A stretch of 64,000 nt of DNA from Hemiscyllium ocellatum (GCF_020745735.1 NC_083429.1:45179877-45243876), one strand, 5' to 3'. Positions 1-13,732 are shown, counted from the first letter of the stretch. Program-made: numbers and translations. The notes: generated from the sequence alone by a model not told the origin.

Positions 1-11
1 ATAGAATTGTT

Positions 12-555
12 TAGAGTCATGGAGATGTACATCATGGAAACAGACCCTTTGGTCCAATTCGTCCATGCTGACCAGATATCCTAACCTAATCAGGTCCCAT
101 TTTGCCAGCATTTGACCCATGTCCTTCTAAACCCTTCCTATTCATATACCCATCCAGATGCCTTTTAAATGCTGTAATTGTACAGGCTCCACTTCTTCCT
201 CTGACAGCTTGTTCCATACACACACCACCCTCTGCATGAAAATGTTGCCCCTTTTAAACCTTTCCCCTCTCACCTTAAGCCTATGCCCTCTAGTATTGGA
301 ATACCCTGCCCTGGGAAAAAGACCTTGGCTATTTGTCTAATCCATATCCCTCATGATTTTATAACCTTCTGCAGCCCTCAGTCTCCAATGCTCCAGGGTA
401 AATAGCTCCAGCCTATTCACTATAGCTCAAACCCTCCAATTCTGGCAACATCCTTGTAAATCTTTTCTGAACCCTTTCAGGTTTAATGGCATCTTTCCTA
501 TAACAGGGAGACCAGAATTGTGCACAGTATTCCAAAAGTGGCCTAACCAATGTCT
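12..555 (-). mobile_element. CR1/HER1-like LINE 3' fragment
   Basis: Reverse complement of the 3' end seen at 1911-2370 and 47100-47567 (CTCTATGA tail). Confidence 0.85.
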
Positions 556-1910
556 GTTTGCTCTCAAGATCTCCTCAATGGTATAATACTTCATTATAAT
601 ACTCAATTCCAATATATCATAACTAGCATTAGATCTAGTTAGAGTGCAGAACCATTTTAATTATTGTTAGGCCTTAATGTGATAGCAAGTTGGCAATCAA
701 AACCTGCTCAATAGAGTATAAACAAGGAAGTGGTGCTAAGAAGATAATTTGCATTTATACTTCAGTACAGTAAAACATTTCACAGAAATTCATTAGTTGA
801 ATTAGAAGAACCTTTTTTAAAATCTTCCTTTTCTTCTTTATGTTCAGAAGTGTTCTTACGCACAACTGAATTTTTTGCTTCCAACACCAGACCACCTGTG
901 GTATTTCTTCTCTTCAATTAATCACCCTTGTTTTCCAATTGAATGATTTATGTCCAAATCTAATTAAGGTCAATGCAAAGTGAGGGGGAGGAGGCTAAAT
1001 CAAAATGGAGTTGGAAGGAGTCGAAGAAACTCAAAATAAAATTCATTAATCCAGTTAATTGGTTGATTAAGCAGGTGAATTGTGTGTGGAATTGAACACC
1101 AGACTTTGGAAAGGCTGCTGATTTATTGGAGAGAATGTGAGCAGAGATTGATCAGAATGGTGCCCTTGGTGGGGAACATCAATCACATGAAGATTAGAGA
1201 AGCTGAGATTGATCTCCCGTGAGCTCAGAAGATTGAGTGGATCTAGGGATTTTGGAAGAGTTTCCACTGGCAAGAGGGTCAGAGACACCAGTTTAAGGGA
1301 ATTGTTAAAGAAACCGTAGCGGGAAGCTGATGAATTTTTTTTCTCTCTATGAGAGTGTGATTGGCCTCTGCTTAGTAACCCAATCTGGGTGTCATGTGAC
1401 TTCAGATTTTGTCCACCCCAGTCCAAAACCGCCACCTCCACAGCCTAATAACCGTCCATGATCAACTGGCCTGCTAGCTGGCTCAATGCTTTCTTGGCTG
1501 AGGTGCTAGAGAGTAACTATTGCCCAATGAACTCCAGCCCAATAGGAATCGTTTCTTTCAGAAAGGTGAAGAACTATACCAGGAAAAGAAGCAGACTTTG
1601 TGCTGCAGTGGATAGTGCCCTTGCCTCTGAGCCAGAAGCTCCCAGTTCAAATCCCTGTCCAGGTCTTAATCAAGAAAGACGAATTCGTATTGTGGCTAAA
1701 CAGGCTGCACATCATCTTGTAAATCCTTCTGATGCACCCAGTGTAGGTAGGAGATTCTCCTGGTTAGCCAGGGCTCTGGGGTAGCTGCAACACAACAGTC
1801 ACCCAGGTTAATGATTTCATGATTAAGCTCTTGCCCACCGTTTGTACTGTGTGACAATTGCCCTCCTTGCTTTGAGGAAACTGCTAGTCAGAGAAAGTGA
1901 GAGACTTTGT

Positions 1911-2370
1911 CTAAGAAAGATTTACAAGGATGTTGCCAGGGTTGGAGGATTTGAGCTATATGGAGAGGCTGAATAGGCTGGATCTGTTTTCCCTGGAGCA
2001 TCAGAGGTTTCTAAAATCATGAGGGGCATGGATAGGATAAATAGACAAAGTCTTTTCCCTGGGGTGGGCAAGTCCAGAGCTAGAGGGCATAGGTTTAGAG
2101 AGAGGGGGAAGTATATAAAAGAGACCTAAGGGGAAACTTTCTCACACAGATGGTGTTGCATGTATAGAATGGGCTGCCAGAGGAAGTGGTGGAGGCTGCT
2201 ACAATTGCAACATTTAAAAGGCATCTGGATGGGTATATGAATAGGAAGGGTTTAGAGGGATATGGGCCGTGTGCTGGCAGGTGGGACTGGATTGGGTTGG
2301 GATATCTGGTTGGCATGGACGAGTTGGACCGAAGGGTCTGTTTCCGTGCTGTGCATCTCTATGACTCTAT
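1911..2370 (+). mobile_element. CR1/HER1-like LINE 3' fragment
   Basis: ORF2 C-terminus (FKRHLDGYMNRKGLEGYG) and CTCTATGACTCTAT tail. Confidence 0.88.
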
Positions 2371-3522
2371 AAAAGGGTTTCCACCTGAGTGAGCAGGGTA
2401 GTCTCTAGGGCCTGTGAATGATCTACATCCACTCCATTATCGGATGTTCATATAAACAGCCTTCTTTCTAGAGAATGGAATGATGCGTTGTCACTGATTA
2501 AGTTCCCAATCTGCAGATTGTGATTAAACAAATAAATCTGAAGACAATTTGAAAATAAAAAATGATGACTAAGAAGTAGTAAGTATATTCAATTAAATTT
2601 TAAGTTTAGCCATAAGATGTACGAACCCACAAAGAATGTCCCAATATTGAGTCATGTCTGATACTTTACTCACTCCTTTTTCAGCAACCTATTTATCTCA
2701 TAAAAAGCAGTTTGAAAATAAAAGTTTGCCCAGAATCCACACTTTGATTTGTCAGCGTACAGTTTTGTAAGTTAGCAGGCTTATCTTTGTGCTTTTCGTA
2801 AACATGCCCCTCTTTTTGTTACCGTACGCTGAAGGATAGGTGCATCATGTTACTATTCATAACCTGACATCTCGGCAAAAATATTCCCATCCAGCACGAA
2901 CGTATTTGAAAATCAGATGATTGTTCTTGCAGAGGACCACTGAGTATTGTGGTTTCCACTGCAAAACTGTTCATTAATATTGGCCGTCACCCAGTCTGAA
3001 ACATTTAAGACATCCTATTCAAAGGAGCAATTCTGAAATCAGAACAGCGTGCATATTTGCTCTGAATATAGACTCAAAGGGGATGTAAAGCTTTCCGAGG
3101 ATAAAATTGAGTGAAAAGGTCCTTTGAATATTGCCTGTCATCAGCTTGTTTTATTTCTCATTTCCTCTTCTATGTCTAAACATTTGCTTTAAAACACACA
3201 GTGCAATCCTGCTTATTGTAAAGTGGAGTTTGAATTGTTGACAGGAATGATGTAAATTTGTGCCATTCATTTTGGCCACGAGTCCCGATAGGGCTGTTAC
3301 TATGCAATGAGATGTAAAATGAAATGCTTCCCAACAGAGTTGAAAGGGAGTTGGTAGAACCTGAACAATTCTCGGTATTGCCTCGATCAACATTGTCTGC
3401 TTCCTTAATTGGCCCTGAGCAAGGAAGGACTTGGTATAAAATAAGGGATTTGAACTGGGGAAATGTATTGAAACATGTTTTTGAACCAAGACTGGCAAGT
3501 GCACCCTATTCAGTAGTAACCA

Positions 3523-3826
3523 TGGGCGGCACAGTGGTTAGCACTGCTGCCTCACAGTGCCAGAGACCTGGGTTCAATTCCCGACTCAGGTGACTGACTG
3601 TGTGGAGTTTGCACGTTCTCCCCGTGTCTGCGTGGGTTTCCTCCAGGTGCTCCGGTTTCCTCCCACAGTCCAAAGATGTGCGGGTCAGGTGAATTGGCCA
3701 TGCTAAATTGCCCGTAGTGTTAGGTAAGGGGTAAATGTAGGGGTATGGGTGGGTTGCGCTTCGGCGGGTCGGTGTGGACTTGTTGGGCCGAAGGGCCTGT
3801 TTCCACACTGTAAGTAATCTAATCTA
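3523..3826 (+). mobile_element. HE1-type tRNA-derived V-SINE
   Basis: A/B boxes (GGCACAGTGG, GGTTCAATTCC), V-domain GGAGTTTGCACGTTCTCCCCGTGTCTGCGTGGG, (TAATC)n tail. Confidence 0.88.
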
Positions 3827-4023
3827 ATAAAAGTCCCCATTTGCCTGTTTTCTAAAGCATACCTAGTCTGCTCCAGTGAACAGGTAATGGTAACCTCAAC
3901 CCATTTGGCAAATTGGTAGCCCTCGCCTTGAGATGAGAATAAGCCTACCAAGGGGATTCACAGCTAGTTCACTAGAAGTTAAAACTAACCAGCTACACGA
4001 TCTTTTTGTCTTCCTCTGTACAG

Positions 4024-4118
4024 GGATGCCTCGGGCTTCACTGACTGGATGTACTCTACAGTACGATGCTGGGGTGAAAAGGCAGAAGGTGTCTACAGGA
4101 TGATTATCCGTGATTTAG
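4024..4118 (+). CDS. PCSK7: PCSK7 internal coding exon (P-domain: [32 protein letters not shown])
   Basis: Polypyrimidine tract plus AG at 4022-4023 and GT at 4119. The 95-bp exon translates to a close match of the PC7 P-domain (human [32 protein letters not shown], from recall). Phase is compatible with the next exon. Upstream exons were not found in the window. Confidence 0.93.
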
Positions 4119-4675
4119 GTTTGCTGGCTCCTTGTGTTCTTTTATCCATTTGTGGGTTGTGGGTGTCACTGACTGGGACAGCATTTGTTGCCATCCTCGA
4201 TTAAGAGTCAACCACATTGCTGTGGGTCTGGATTCATGTGTAGGCCAGACCAGGTAAGGATGGCAGATTTCCTTCCAAAAAGGACATTAGTGAACGAGGT
4301 GAAATTTTACAAAAACAGACCACAGATACCAGGTTATAAATAGATGAGATTTTCATTCCAGATTTTTACTGAATTTAAATTTCACCCTCTGCCATGTTGA
4401 GACTGGAATCCACATCTCCAGAACATTAGACTGGGATGAGTACTTTCCTCTCCAGAAAGCAAAGTTGCCGAATGCAGAATCAATGAAGTATATTTCAGAT
4501 TATAGCCTTCCAAGTGAAGGCGAGAGTTGTACAACTTGTACAACAACAATTTGTGAGGTTATGGAGGAAGGGACTGGGAACAGAATTAATTAAGTGGCTC
4601 TTTCAAGGAACAATGGCCTCCTCGTGTGCTGAAGATTACATGACAATACATAAACACTGTGTTCCGAGGCCTAGA

Positions 4676-4796
4676 CCTGACAAAGGAGCTTCACTCCAAA
4701 AGCTTGTATTTTTAAATGAAGCTGTTGGCCTCTGACCTGGTGTCATGTGATTTTCAACTTAGTCCACACCAGTCCAACACCAGCACCTCCACATCA
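4676..4796 (+). mobile_element. Family B pLTR mini-insertion with decayed hammerhead
   Basis: Similar to 18321-18432. Flanked by AGGC(C/T)TAGACC at 4667-4677 and 4797-4807. Confidence 0.65.
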
Positions 4797-4802
4797 AGGC
4801 TT

Positions 4803-5250
4803 AGACCATAAGACACAGGGGCTGAAATTAGGCCATTCGGCCCATTGATTCTGCTCTGCCATTCAGTCATGGCTGATAGGTTTATCAACCCCATTTTCCC
4901 ACTTTCTCTGAGTAACCTTTGATCCGCTTGGCAATCAAGAACTTAACTCTCTCTGTTTTAATTATACTCAGTGTCCTGGCCTCCACAGCCTTTTGTGGCA
5001 ATGAATTCCATAGATTGCCCACTCTCTGGCTGATGATGTTTCTCCTTATCTCCGTTCTAAAGGCTCTTCCCTTTACTCTTAAGGCTGTGCCCTCGGGTCC
5101 TAGTCTCTCCTACCAGTGGAAACATCTCAATGTCCAGTCTGTCCAGGCCATTCAGTATTTTGTAAGTTTCAATCAGATCCCCCTTATCCTTCTAAACTCC
5201 ATCAAGTATAGGCCCAAGAGTCCACAGATGTTACTCATATGTTAAGCTTG
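4803..5250 (-). mobile_element. CR1-clade LINE 3' fragment (second subfamily; relatives at ~11030-11390, 14690-15450, 34460-34830, 57700-58050)
   Basis: Mutual similarity and a (TCTTATGG)n-type tail. Confidence 0.7.
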
Positions 5251-5460
5251 TAGGAAATAAAGAGATGGGACCCAAGATGGAGATCTCTTGATTGTCAGAA
5301 ATGACGTTGCAGAATCTTTGCTCTTACACAGGATGCATGGCAGATGGAGTTTCCACACACTGGTTTGCCATCATCAGGCTATGTCCCACTTTCTGGGAAA
5401 TACTACAACAAGTACCACCAGTACATCTGTTATTGTGAACCAGGCTACACTTGCCCTCTC

Positions 5461-5752
5461 GGAGAAAGTGAGGACTGCAGATGCTGGAGTGTATTGCTGG
5501 GAAAGCACAGCAAGTCAGGCAGCATCCGAGGAGCAGACGAATCGACGTTTCGGGCATAAGCCCTTCATTAGGAATGAGGCTTGTCGGCCGGGGCTGAGAG
5601 ATAAACGGGAGGAGGGTGGTGTTGGGGGGAAGGTAGCTGAGAAAGCGATAGGTGGATGAAAGTGAGGGAGAAGGTGATTGGTCAGAGGGAGGAGTGATGG
5701 AAAGGTCCGAAGGGTGGTACCAAGTTGGAGGCTTGGGACTGGGATAATGTGG
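5461..5752 (-). mobile_element. Family A Penelope-like 3' end/pLTR fragment with mutated hammerhead (CTAATGA at ~5541-5575)
   Basis: Reverse-complement similarity to 10110-10430. Confidence 0.75.
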
Positions 5753-7645
5753 GATCAGAGATTACAAGCTAATGCTTTTAAGGGATATGCTGTCTCTTCC
5801 AGGATTCTTTTGTCAATTATCTCTTGGGAAGGCAGTCATGTCTCAGGACCAGTAATCTAGAACCCAGGCTAAAGTTCTGAGGACAAAAATAGTTTGGCCA
5901 GTATTTATTTCCAGTCCTTGTTGCCCTTAAACTGAGTAACTTGCATGGGCCATTTTAGAGGCCAGTTGAGAGTAAACTTGTAAGTCAGAACCAGTAGGGA
6001 TTTCCTTCTTTAAAGGACATTAGTAAACCAGATGAGTATTTATGGCAATCGGCAATGGTTTCAAGGTTGCCATGAGACTACCTATCAATTCCAGACTTTT
6101 ACTGCATTCCCATTTCATCATCTGCCATGCTGGGTTTTGAACCTAAATGCCCAGAAAATTAGTCTGGGACTCTCAATTACAAATCCAGTGACATTGCCAC
6201 AGTACTGCTAGGTCACCACCTCCCCTTTGCCTCCTCTGGCTATCTTTTCTTCCTGGTATCTTTGTTGCCAGTGACAGCTCGTTCCACACAGAGTAGAAAT
6301 AAAATTTTGGACCTTGCTGTTCTAACTCATGAGAACAGCCCAGTCAGGTACATCCATTGTTTCGGTCTTTATAAAATTAGGACCCATTTTATTCACAACG
6401 TACCCATCTCTGGATTGATGGCCGTCCCAACTTTTCTCCCATCCTCATTTCTGAGGTTCGGGGTGCAGTCTTCCGTTGAATTTGGTCTGCACTTAATGGG
6501 CTGCAGTGGTTTGCTATTGCCTCCTCCAGACAACTCTGCTCCTCTTACTGTCTGCTGTCTGGTGTATCAGAAAGAATCACAGACTGACCATCAACCTGTT
6601 TGGCCTTGTAATAAACATGCCTTGTAACATAGCCAGCAGGTGCTTTTGTGGGATTTGAACCCAGAGTGCCTCCTGAGGTAGCCATGCGACCACTGAGCCA
6701 CAAGAACACCTCAAATGCAAAGTAAGGAATAAAATACATGGGTATTTTTTGTTAGAGTGTGAACGTATATACCCTGTCATTCCAGAGACCGTTGCATTGT
6801 ACACCAATGCCCTTGTGATGATAACTTCTTGGACGAATGATATGCTAGTGTAAGCTTAGAGAAGAACAGGGTTCCCTCTCTACTGCTACTGTTAAACTTG
6901 CTTTGGACTGTGGTATGTTTGTCTGTTGTTCGTTAGCTCTACCATACACTGTCTAACTTCTGTCTGAGCTCAGAAATCCCTTGGGCTTGGCCCCTTTCCA
7001 TTTGTCATTTCTACTGGGGAAACTTGACACACTGAAATGGTCCTATTCTGTAAGCAAGGACTTAAATAATTGGCCACTGTTCAGGACTTTATTTTCTTTG
7101 GTTTGTTATTGGGCTCAGTGTCTGTATTTTCATGTCCTGCCCTGCTCCTGAACCATGCCCTCTTTCATTCCCACTCGGCTAGCATTCAGTTCTGGCATTT
7201 CTCCCCCCCCCCCCCCCTTCCCTCTTTAATTGATGACCCCTCGTTAAGAAAAAGAGGATTGCAAGCTCATTGGCATCACAGCACGTCATAAATTAGTCCA
7301 TTTTCTCTACCCTCCTCCTTTATCCTCACTTTTCTCGCTCTCTATCTCAGAAACAATTTGTATTCATACGCTATCTTGACATGTCCCAGGATATCACAAG
7401 GCACTTTGAGAGAAGTGCAAGATTTGGAAGTGTTAGTGTGCAAGCAAAAATTGTAGCAAATTTACATGCAACAATGTCCCAACAGACAGTGCAAAGAACA
7501 AATTGATGACCAGTTACTGCCATTTTAGTGGGCTTATGGGGGAAATATTGTCGTGGACGTTATTGAGAGGATTCCCTGTATTGTTGGGATCTATGTGGTG
7601 ACCTGAACTGGAGACAGAGCTTCAGTTTGATATATTCTCTGAAAG

Positions 7646-10431
7646 GATGGGAAGAAGATTGCAGGTTAGGAAGGTGGTGCTGAGTTCGAGGGTTGGGACT
7701 GAGACAAGGTGGGGGGAGGGGAAATGAGGAAACTGGAGAAATGAGTTCATCCCTTGTGGTTGGAGGGTTACAAGGAAGAAGATGAGGCACTCTTCCTCCA
7801 GCTGTCGTGTTGCTATGGTCTGGCAATGGAGGAGTCCAAGGACCTGCATGTCCTTGGTGGTGTGGGAGGGGGAGTTGAAGTGTTGAGCCACGGGTTGGTT
7901 GGGTTGGTTGGTCCGGGTGTCCCAGAGCTGTTCTCTGAAACGTTCCACAAGTAGGCGGCCTGCCTCCCCAATATAGAGGAGGCCACATCGGGTGCAGCGG
8001 ATGCAGTAAATGATGTGTGTGGAGATGCAGGTGAATTTGTGGTGGATATGGAAGGATCCCTTGGGGCCTTGGAGGGAAGTGAGGGGGGAGGTGTGGGTGC
8101 AAGTTTTGCATTTCTTGCGGTTGCGGGGAAAGGTGCTGGGAGTGGAGGTTGGGTTGGTGAGAGGTGTGGACCTGACAAGGGAGTCACGGAGGGAGTGGTC
8201 TTTTCGGAACGCTGATAGGGGAGGGGAGGGAAATGTATCCCTGGTGGTGGGGTCTGTTTGGAGGTGGCGGAAATGACGACGGATGATGTGATGTATATGG
8301 AGGTTGGTGGGGTGGTAGGTGAGGACCAGTGGGGTTCTGTCCTGGTGGCGATTGGAGGGGTGGGGCTCAAGGGTGGAGGAGTGGGAAGTGGAGGAGATGC
8401 GGTGGAGAGCATCGCGATCACGTCTAGGGGGAAATTGTGGTCTTTGAAGAAGGAGGCCATCTGAGTTGTTTGGTATTGGAACTGGTCCTCCTGGGAGCAG
8501 ATGCGGCAGAGACAAAGGAATTGGGAATATGGGATGGTGTTTTTACAGGGGGCAGGGTGGGAAGAGATGTAGTCTAGGTAGCTGTGGGAGTCGGTCGGTT
8601 TATAGTGAATGTCCGTGTTGATTCGGTCGCCCAAGATAGAAATGGAAAGGTCTAGGAAGGGGAGGGAGGAATCTGAGACGGTCCAGGTAAATTTGAGGTC
8701 GGGGTGGAAGGTGTTAGTAAAGTGGATGAACTGTTCAACCTCCTCGTGGGAGCACGAGGCAGCGCCAATACAGTCATCGATGTAGCGGAGGAAAAGGTGG
8801 GGGGTGGTGCCAGTGTAGGTGCGGAAGATTAACTGTTCCACATATCCTACGAAGAGGCAGGCATAGCTGGGGCCCATGTGGGTGCCCATGGCTACTCCTT
8901 TGGTTTGGAGGAAGTGGAAGGTTTGGAAAGAGAAGTTGTTCAGAGTGAGGACCAGTTCAGTCAGTCGAAGGAGGGTGTCAGTGGAAATGTACTGGTTGGT
9001 GCGGCGGGAAAGGAAGAAGCAAAGGGCTTTTAGTCCTTTGTGATGGGGGATGGAGGTGTACAGGGACTGGATGTCTATGGTGAAGATAAGGCTTTGGGGA
9101 CCGGGGAAGCGAAAATCATGGAGGAGGTGGAGGGCATGGGTGGTGTCCCGAACGTAGGTGGGGAGTTCTTGGACTAAGGGGGACAGGACCGTGTCGAGAT
9201 ATGCAGAGGTGAGTTCAGTGGGGCAGGAGCAGGCTGAGACAATGGATCAGCCGGGGCAGTCAGGTTTGGGGATTTTGGGCAGGAGGTAGAAACGGGCAGT
9301 GCGGGGTTGTGGGACTGTGAAGTTGGTGGCGGTGAACGGGAGATCCCCTGAGGTGATGAGGTTATGAATGGTCTGGGAGATGATGGTTTGGTGGTGGGAG
9401 GTGGGGTCATGGTCAAGGGGGCAGTAGGAGGAGGTGTCCGCGAGCTGGCATTTAGCCTCAGCGGTGTAAAGGTCGGTGCGCCAAACTACTACCGCGCCTC
9501 CCTTGTCTGCAGGTTTGATAGTAAGGTTGGGGTTGGAACGGAAGGAGTGGAGGGCTGCACGTTCCAAGGTTGAGAGGTTGGAGTAGGTGAGAGGGGTGGA
9601 CAGGTTGAGTCGGTTAATGTCGCGGCGGCAGTTGGCAATGAAGGGATTGAGGGCGAGTAAGAGGCCAGCATGGGGTGTACAGGTGGATGGGGTGTGTTGG
9701 AGGCGGGAGAAGGGGTCGTCAGAGGGTGGGCGAGAATCCTGGTTGAAGAAGTAAGCGCGGAGGCGAAGGCGGCGGAAGAATTGTTCAATGTCTCGCCGCG
9801 TGTTGAACTCGTTAATCCGAGAGCGTAGGGGGATGAAGGTGAGGCCTCTGCCGAGGACTGATCTTTCATCCTCAGAGAGGGGGAGGTCTGGAGGGATGGT
9901 GAAAACATGGCAGGGTTGGGAGCTAGGACTTGGTGTGGGACTGGAGCTGGGAGGTGTTGTGAGGTTCGGCGTGGAGACGGGGTTATCGCCAGATCATAGC
10001 AACATGACGGTTGGAGGAAGAGCGCCTCATCGTCCGCCTAGGAACCCTCCAACACAAGGGATGAACTCAGATTTCTCCAGTTTCCTCATTTCCCCTCCCC
10101 CCACCTTGTCTCAGTCCCAACCCTCAAACTCAGCACCACCTTCGTAACCTGCAATCTTCTTCCTGACCTCTCCGCCCCCACCCCCACTCCGGCCTATCAC
10201 CCTCACCTTAACCTCCTTCCACCTATCACATTTCCATCGCCCCTCCCCCAAGTCCCTCCTCCCTACCTTTTATCTTAGCCTGCTTGGCACACCCTCCTCA
10301 TTCCTGAAGAAGGGCTCATGCCCGAAATGTCGATTCTCCTGCTCCTTGGATGCTGCCTGACCTGCTGCGCTTTTCCAGCAACACATTTTCAGCTCTGATC
10401 TCCAGCATCTGCAGACCTCACTTTCTCCTAG
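7646..10431. mobile_element. Penelope-like retroelement (family A, Neptune-like): frameshifted RT + GIY-YIG ORF on - (7646-~9984) joined to a + strand 3' end/pLTR (~9985-10431)
   Basis: RT motifs MGTHMGPSYACLF and FLRYIDD; endonuclease CKTC...IIYCIRCTRCGLLYIGE...ERFRE. 7646-7827 is inverted at 9985-~10170. TSD TATTCTCTGAAAG at 7633-7645 and 10432-10444. Confidence 0.9.
10300..10335 (+). ncRNA. Minimal type-I hammerhead ribozyme-like motif (family A)
   Basis: ATTC-CTGAAGA-A-GGGC TCAT GCCC-GAAA-TGTC-GATT. Confidence 0.65.
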
Positions 10432-12664
10432 TATTCTCTGAAAGACAGCATCTGTGATAAAGCAGCCCTCCTGCACTGAAACATGTGCTTAGACTGATAC
10501 TCTGGAGTGAGGCTTGACCCCATAACCTTGAGACACAGCAAGAATGATATCAATTGAGTTAAACTGGCTCTAATTTTTCTCAACTGAATAGAAAATGCAC
10601 ATTAAATCAACCACAAACTTGATTTATTTTTCATTTGAAGTTCATCTATATTACAAGAAATGCAGGTTTATCATTATTAGACCAACTATGCTCTTTATTT
10701 TAGTCTGAAAACTCAAGGAATTTATCCCCATTGACCTGGACATATTTTTTTACATTTTTGTGCATTTGTCAGAAGCTGGATCTCATCCAGAATTGCAAAT
10801 GGTTTTGAAAAATAAATAAGTAAAAAAGGTTGACTTTGTACCCTTATAAGTCAATGGAAAACCTCTGCAGGAGAGATTTTTTTTTGTCTCTCCCTTTTAG
10901 GTCTCTATTGCAAAATCTCCCAATGTCATGCCAGCCAGCTGATCATACCCAGCAAGGCTGCAAGAGAAGGCAGAGGAACAGGAAGTAACCATCCAGCTCC
11001 CCAAGCCTGCTGCATCCTACATAAGTCCATAGACCATTAGATAAAGGAGCAGAATTAGGCCATTCAGCCCATCGAGTCTGCTTTGGCGTTCAATCATGGC
11101 TGAATCATTTCTCAGTCCCATTGTCCAGTCTTCTGCCTGTAACCTTTGACCCTGTTACTAATCAAGAGCCTATCTATCTCTCTCTTAAATAGACTTAATG
11201 ACCTGGCCTCCACAGCCCTCTACAGCAATGATTTCCACAGGTTCACCACCCTCTCGCCAAAGAAATTCCTCTTGACCTCAGTTCTAAAGGGTTGTCCCTT
11301 CACCCTGAGGCTGTGCCCTTGGGTCCTAATCTCTCCTACTATTGGAAACATCTTCTCCATGTCCACTCTACCCAGGCCTCTCAGTATTCATTCCAATCAT
11401 GGCCAACTTGTATCCCATCTCCAGCCCACCCACGTTGCTTCCACATCCTCCAATTCACTTGGCTAATAAATAAAAAATCTATCAATCTCTAATTTGGAAT
11501 GTTTACTTGAGCTAACGGGGATGAGCTGACTCATATGATTGGATGTCTCAAGTATGCTGTGGGTTAAAGCTAGCAGGTTAAGTACAATAGGGTTTGAGGT
11601 CATTTTTAGGGACCTGTTTCCTCAGCTTGTTCCTTGCTGAGTTAATATCTAAACCTTTGGGAAACAAAGGCACTGAATGGAGACAGTGAGGGAGAGCTGA
11701 ATTAATAAGAATGAATATTATCTGCCTCGCCCACTTCAGTGGTCACTGCTTCATACTTCACGCTGACAGTGCACTGAGGCCAGGCATCCTGTACATGTGA
11801 CCACCCAAGAACCAACACACCTCCAACACCTTTCGAGTGCTGGATCTGAGGACTTGCTTCTTTTTCAGAAATAAACTTCTCCAGTATTTTACCTTTCTCT
11901 CGTAAACCTCACAAACCACTTCCCAGACGGCAGTCTGCCCTCAAGTACTTTGTCTGAATGGCCATCCCTCAAGTGTAAGCATCGGTGGACTGTTCCACTC
12001 TGGTGAGCATTCTCCTGAACCTGTTTGATGACCACTAGCAATCAGGAGTAAAGATCCTGGTGCAGTACATTCATCTGACACCTGCCTTCCCCGAAACCAA
12101 CTTGCATTTATATAGCGCCTTAAGTAAAACATCCAAAGGTGCTCCATTGTAGAATTAACAGGGAAAAAAATGACACTGAAGCACATAAGGAGAATTTAGG
12201 GCAGATGATCCAAAGCTTGGCCAAGCAGTTAGGTTTTAAGGCTTGCCTTAAAGAGAAGCCGAGAAATTTAAGGAGGGATTTCAAGAGCTTAAAAAGACAC
12301 AGCTTGGATAAGAGAAACAGAGGCAGTTGAGGATGTAACAAAGGCAGGAATTGGAGGAATAGTGTGTTCTTGGAATGCTAATTGCATTGCCTCTGTTATA
12401 CCCAGAGTGAGATCAGTGAACTCATTCGAGACTGTTCATCAACTCTGACTAAGGGTCTCTGTAGTTGGCTGTCTTTAATAAACTGTTTAATTCTGGATCT
12501 CTGTCTGTCTGGTTATTAACTCAATTCCCAAAAGCTGAGGTGTGTCCTTGGGTTGTGATTTGATACTGAACTGAGCTGATTGGGCAGAAGTGGTTATAAT
12601 GTTTCTTCCAGGTGTTGGTATAAAGGGTTATGGTGGTTCTCATCGTCTTTCTCTCTCTGCTCAG

Positions 12665-12761
12665 GGGAGAACCCTCAGCAGGAGAACGGCTTCCTCAAGC
12701 AGTGGCAGCTCACTCTCTACGGCTCTTCCTGGTCATTTGAAGATGTCAAGGAACGACAGAG
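12665..12761 (+). CDS. PCSK7: PCSK7 coding exon (end of P-domain: ENPQQENGFLKQWQLTLYGSSWSFEDVKERQR)
   Basis: ctctgctcag acceptor and AG|GTAAAG donor. Contains the QWQLTLYGS motif typical of the convertase P-domain end. 97 bp, phase 1 to 2. Confidence 0.95.
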
Positions 12762-13299
12762 GTAAAGGCTTTTTTTTGTGTATGTTCACATAATTTGGAT
12801 GTTACTTCCCCAAGATCTTCTCCGAATTGGCACGGGAGGGGAAGGGGGAGAAGAAGGCAGCACAGAGGCCTTTAGCGCTCTTGAGACAGCCACTGGCTGT
12901 GGTGTTCTTCTTGGAGATTCAGAGCATTGGTCACCAGAAACATTGCTGTTTCTCAAAAGATGCCACTGAGATTAGCAAGTTGTCTGGGTCAGAGAAGATG
13001 GAATTCCCATCTGACTACATTCAGCTGAATGAGAGGAAACTGCAAAAGGGACAACAAAAGATTAATGGTCCATCCAGTAAATGTGCTGTCTATTTACTTG
13101 CATATCCTTAGCAGATCCTTGCTCTATCCTTGGTAACATAGGAGCTCTGTGGGACTTCAGGAATAAGTCTCACCACCACCTTCACCATCAGTAAGGGGTG
13201 GGTAATCCCTACTGGTCTCACCATCATTACCCATATCCCACTAATGAATTTTGTAATAAAAACGCCTCTGTCCCAACTTCTGTGATGATCCAAAGAAGG

Positions 13300-13612
13300 T
13301 TTGTACAGTCCCTACAGTGTGGAAGCAGGCCATTTGGCCCATTGAGGCCATAGTTATCCTCTGAACATCCCACACAGACGCACTTTCCTATTCTATCTAT
13401 GAAACCCACATTTCCCATGGTTAATCCACCTGGCCTGCACATCCATGGAGACTATGGGGCAATCTAGCCTGCCCAGTTCACTTAACCTGAACATTTTTGG
13501 ACTGTGGGAGGAAACTCACAGAGACACGGGGAGAATGTGCAAACTCCACACAGACCAAGGGTGGAACCGAACCTGGGTACCTGACTCTGTGAGGGCAGCA
13601 TTGCTAACCACT
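13300..13612 (-). mobile_element. HE1-type V-SINE (older)
   Basis: V-domain on the reverse strand. Confidence 0.8.
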
Positions 13613-13732
13613 GATTAAAAACCCAGTTTTCTCAGTGTGCTCCTTTCTTGGGATAGCCCTAGTAGGCCCAACATATCCACCAACTGGGTGAATTGTTATC
13701 GTTTAACTGTGCATGTCTTTGACTTTGTGAAG

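Noticed and set aside
3523-3600. tRNA-like A/B boxes at the heads of many repeats
   Set aside because: These are SINE heads followed by V-domain bodies, with no complete cloverleaf, so they are not tRNA genes.
7203-7217. Poly-C run (and poly-G at ~54377-54395) as G-quadruplex elements
   Set aside because: Simple homopolymers inside degraded repeats; no evidence of function, and length is prone to sequencing error.
7560-10147. Long Pro/Thr/Gly-rich ORFs on both strands
   Set aside because: Alternative frames of the G/C-skewed Penelope-like element.
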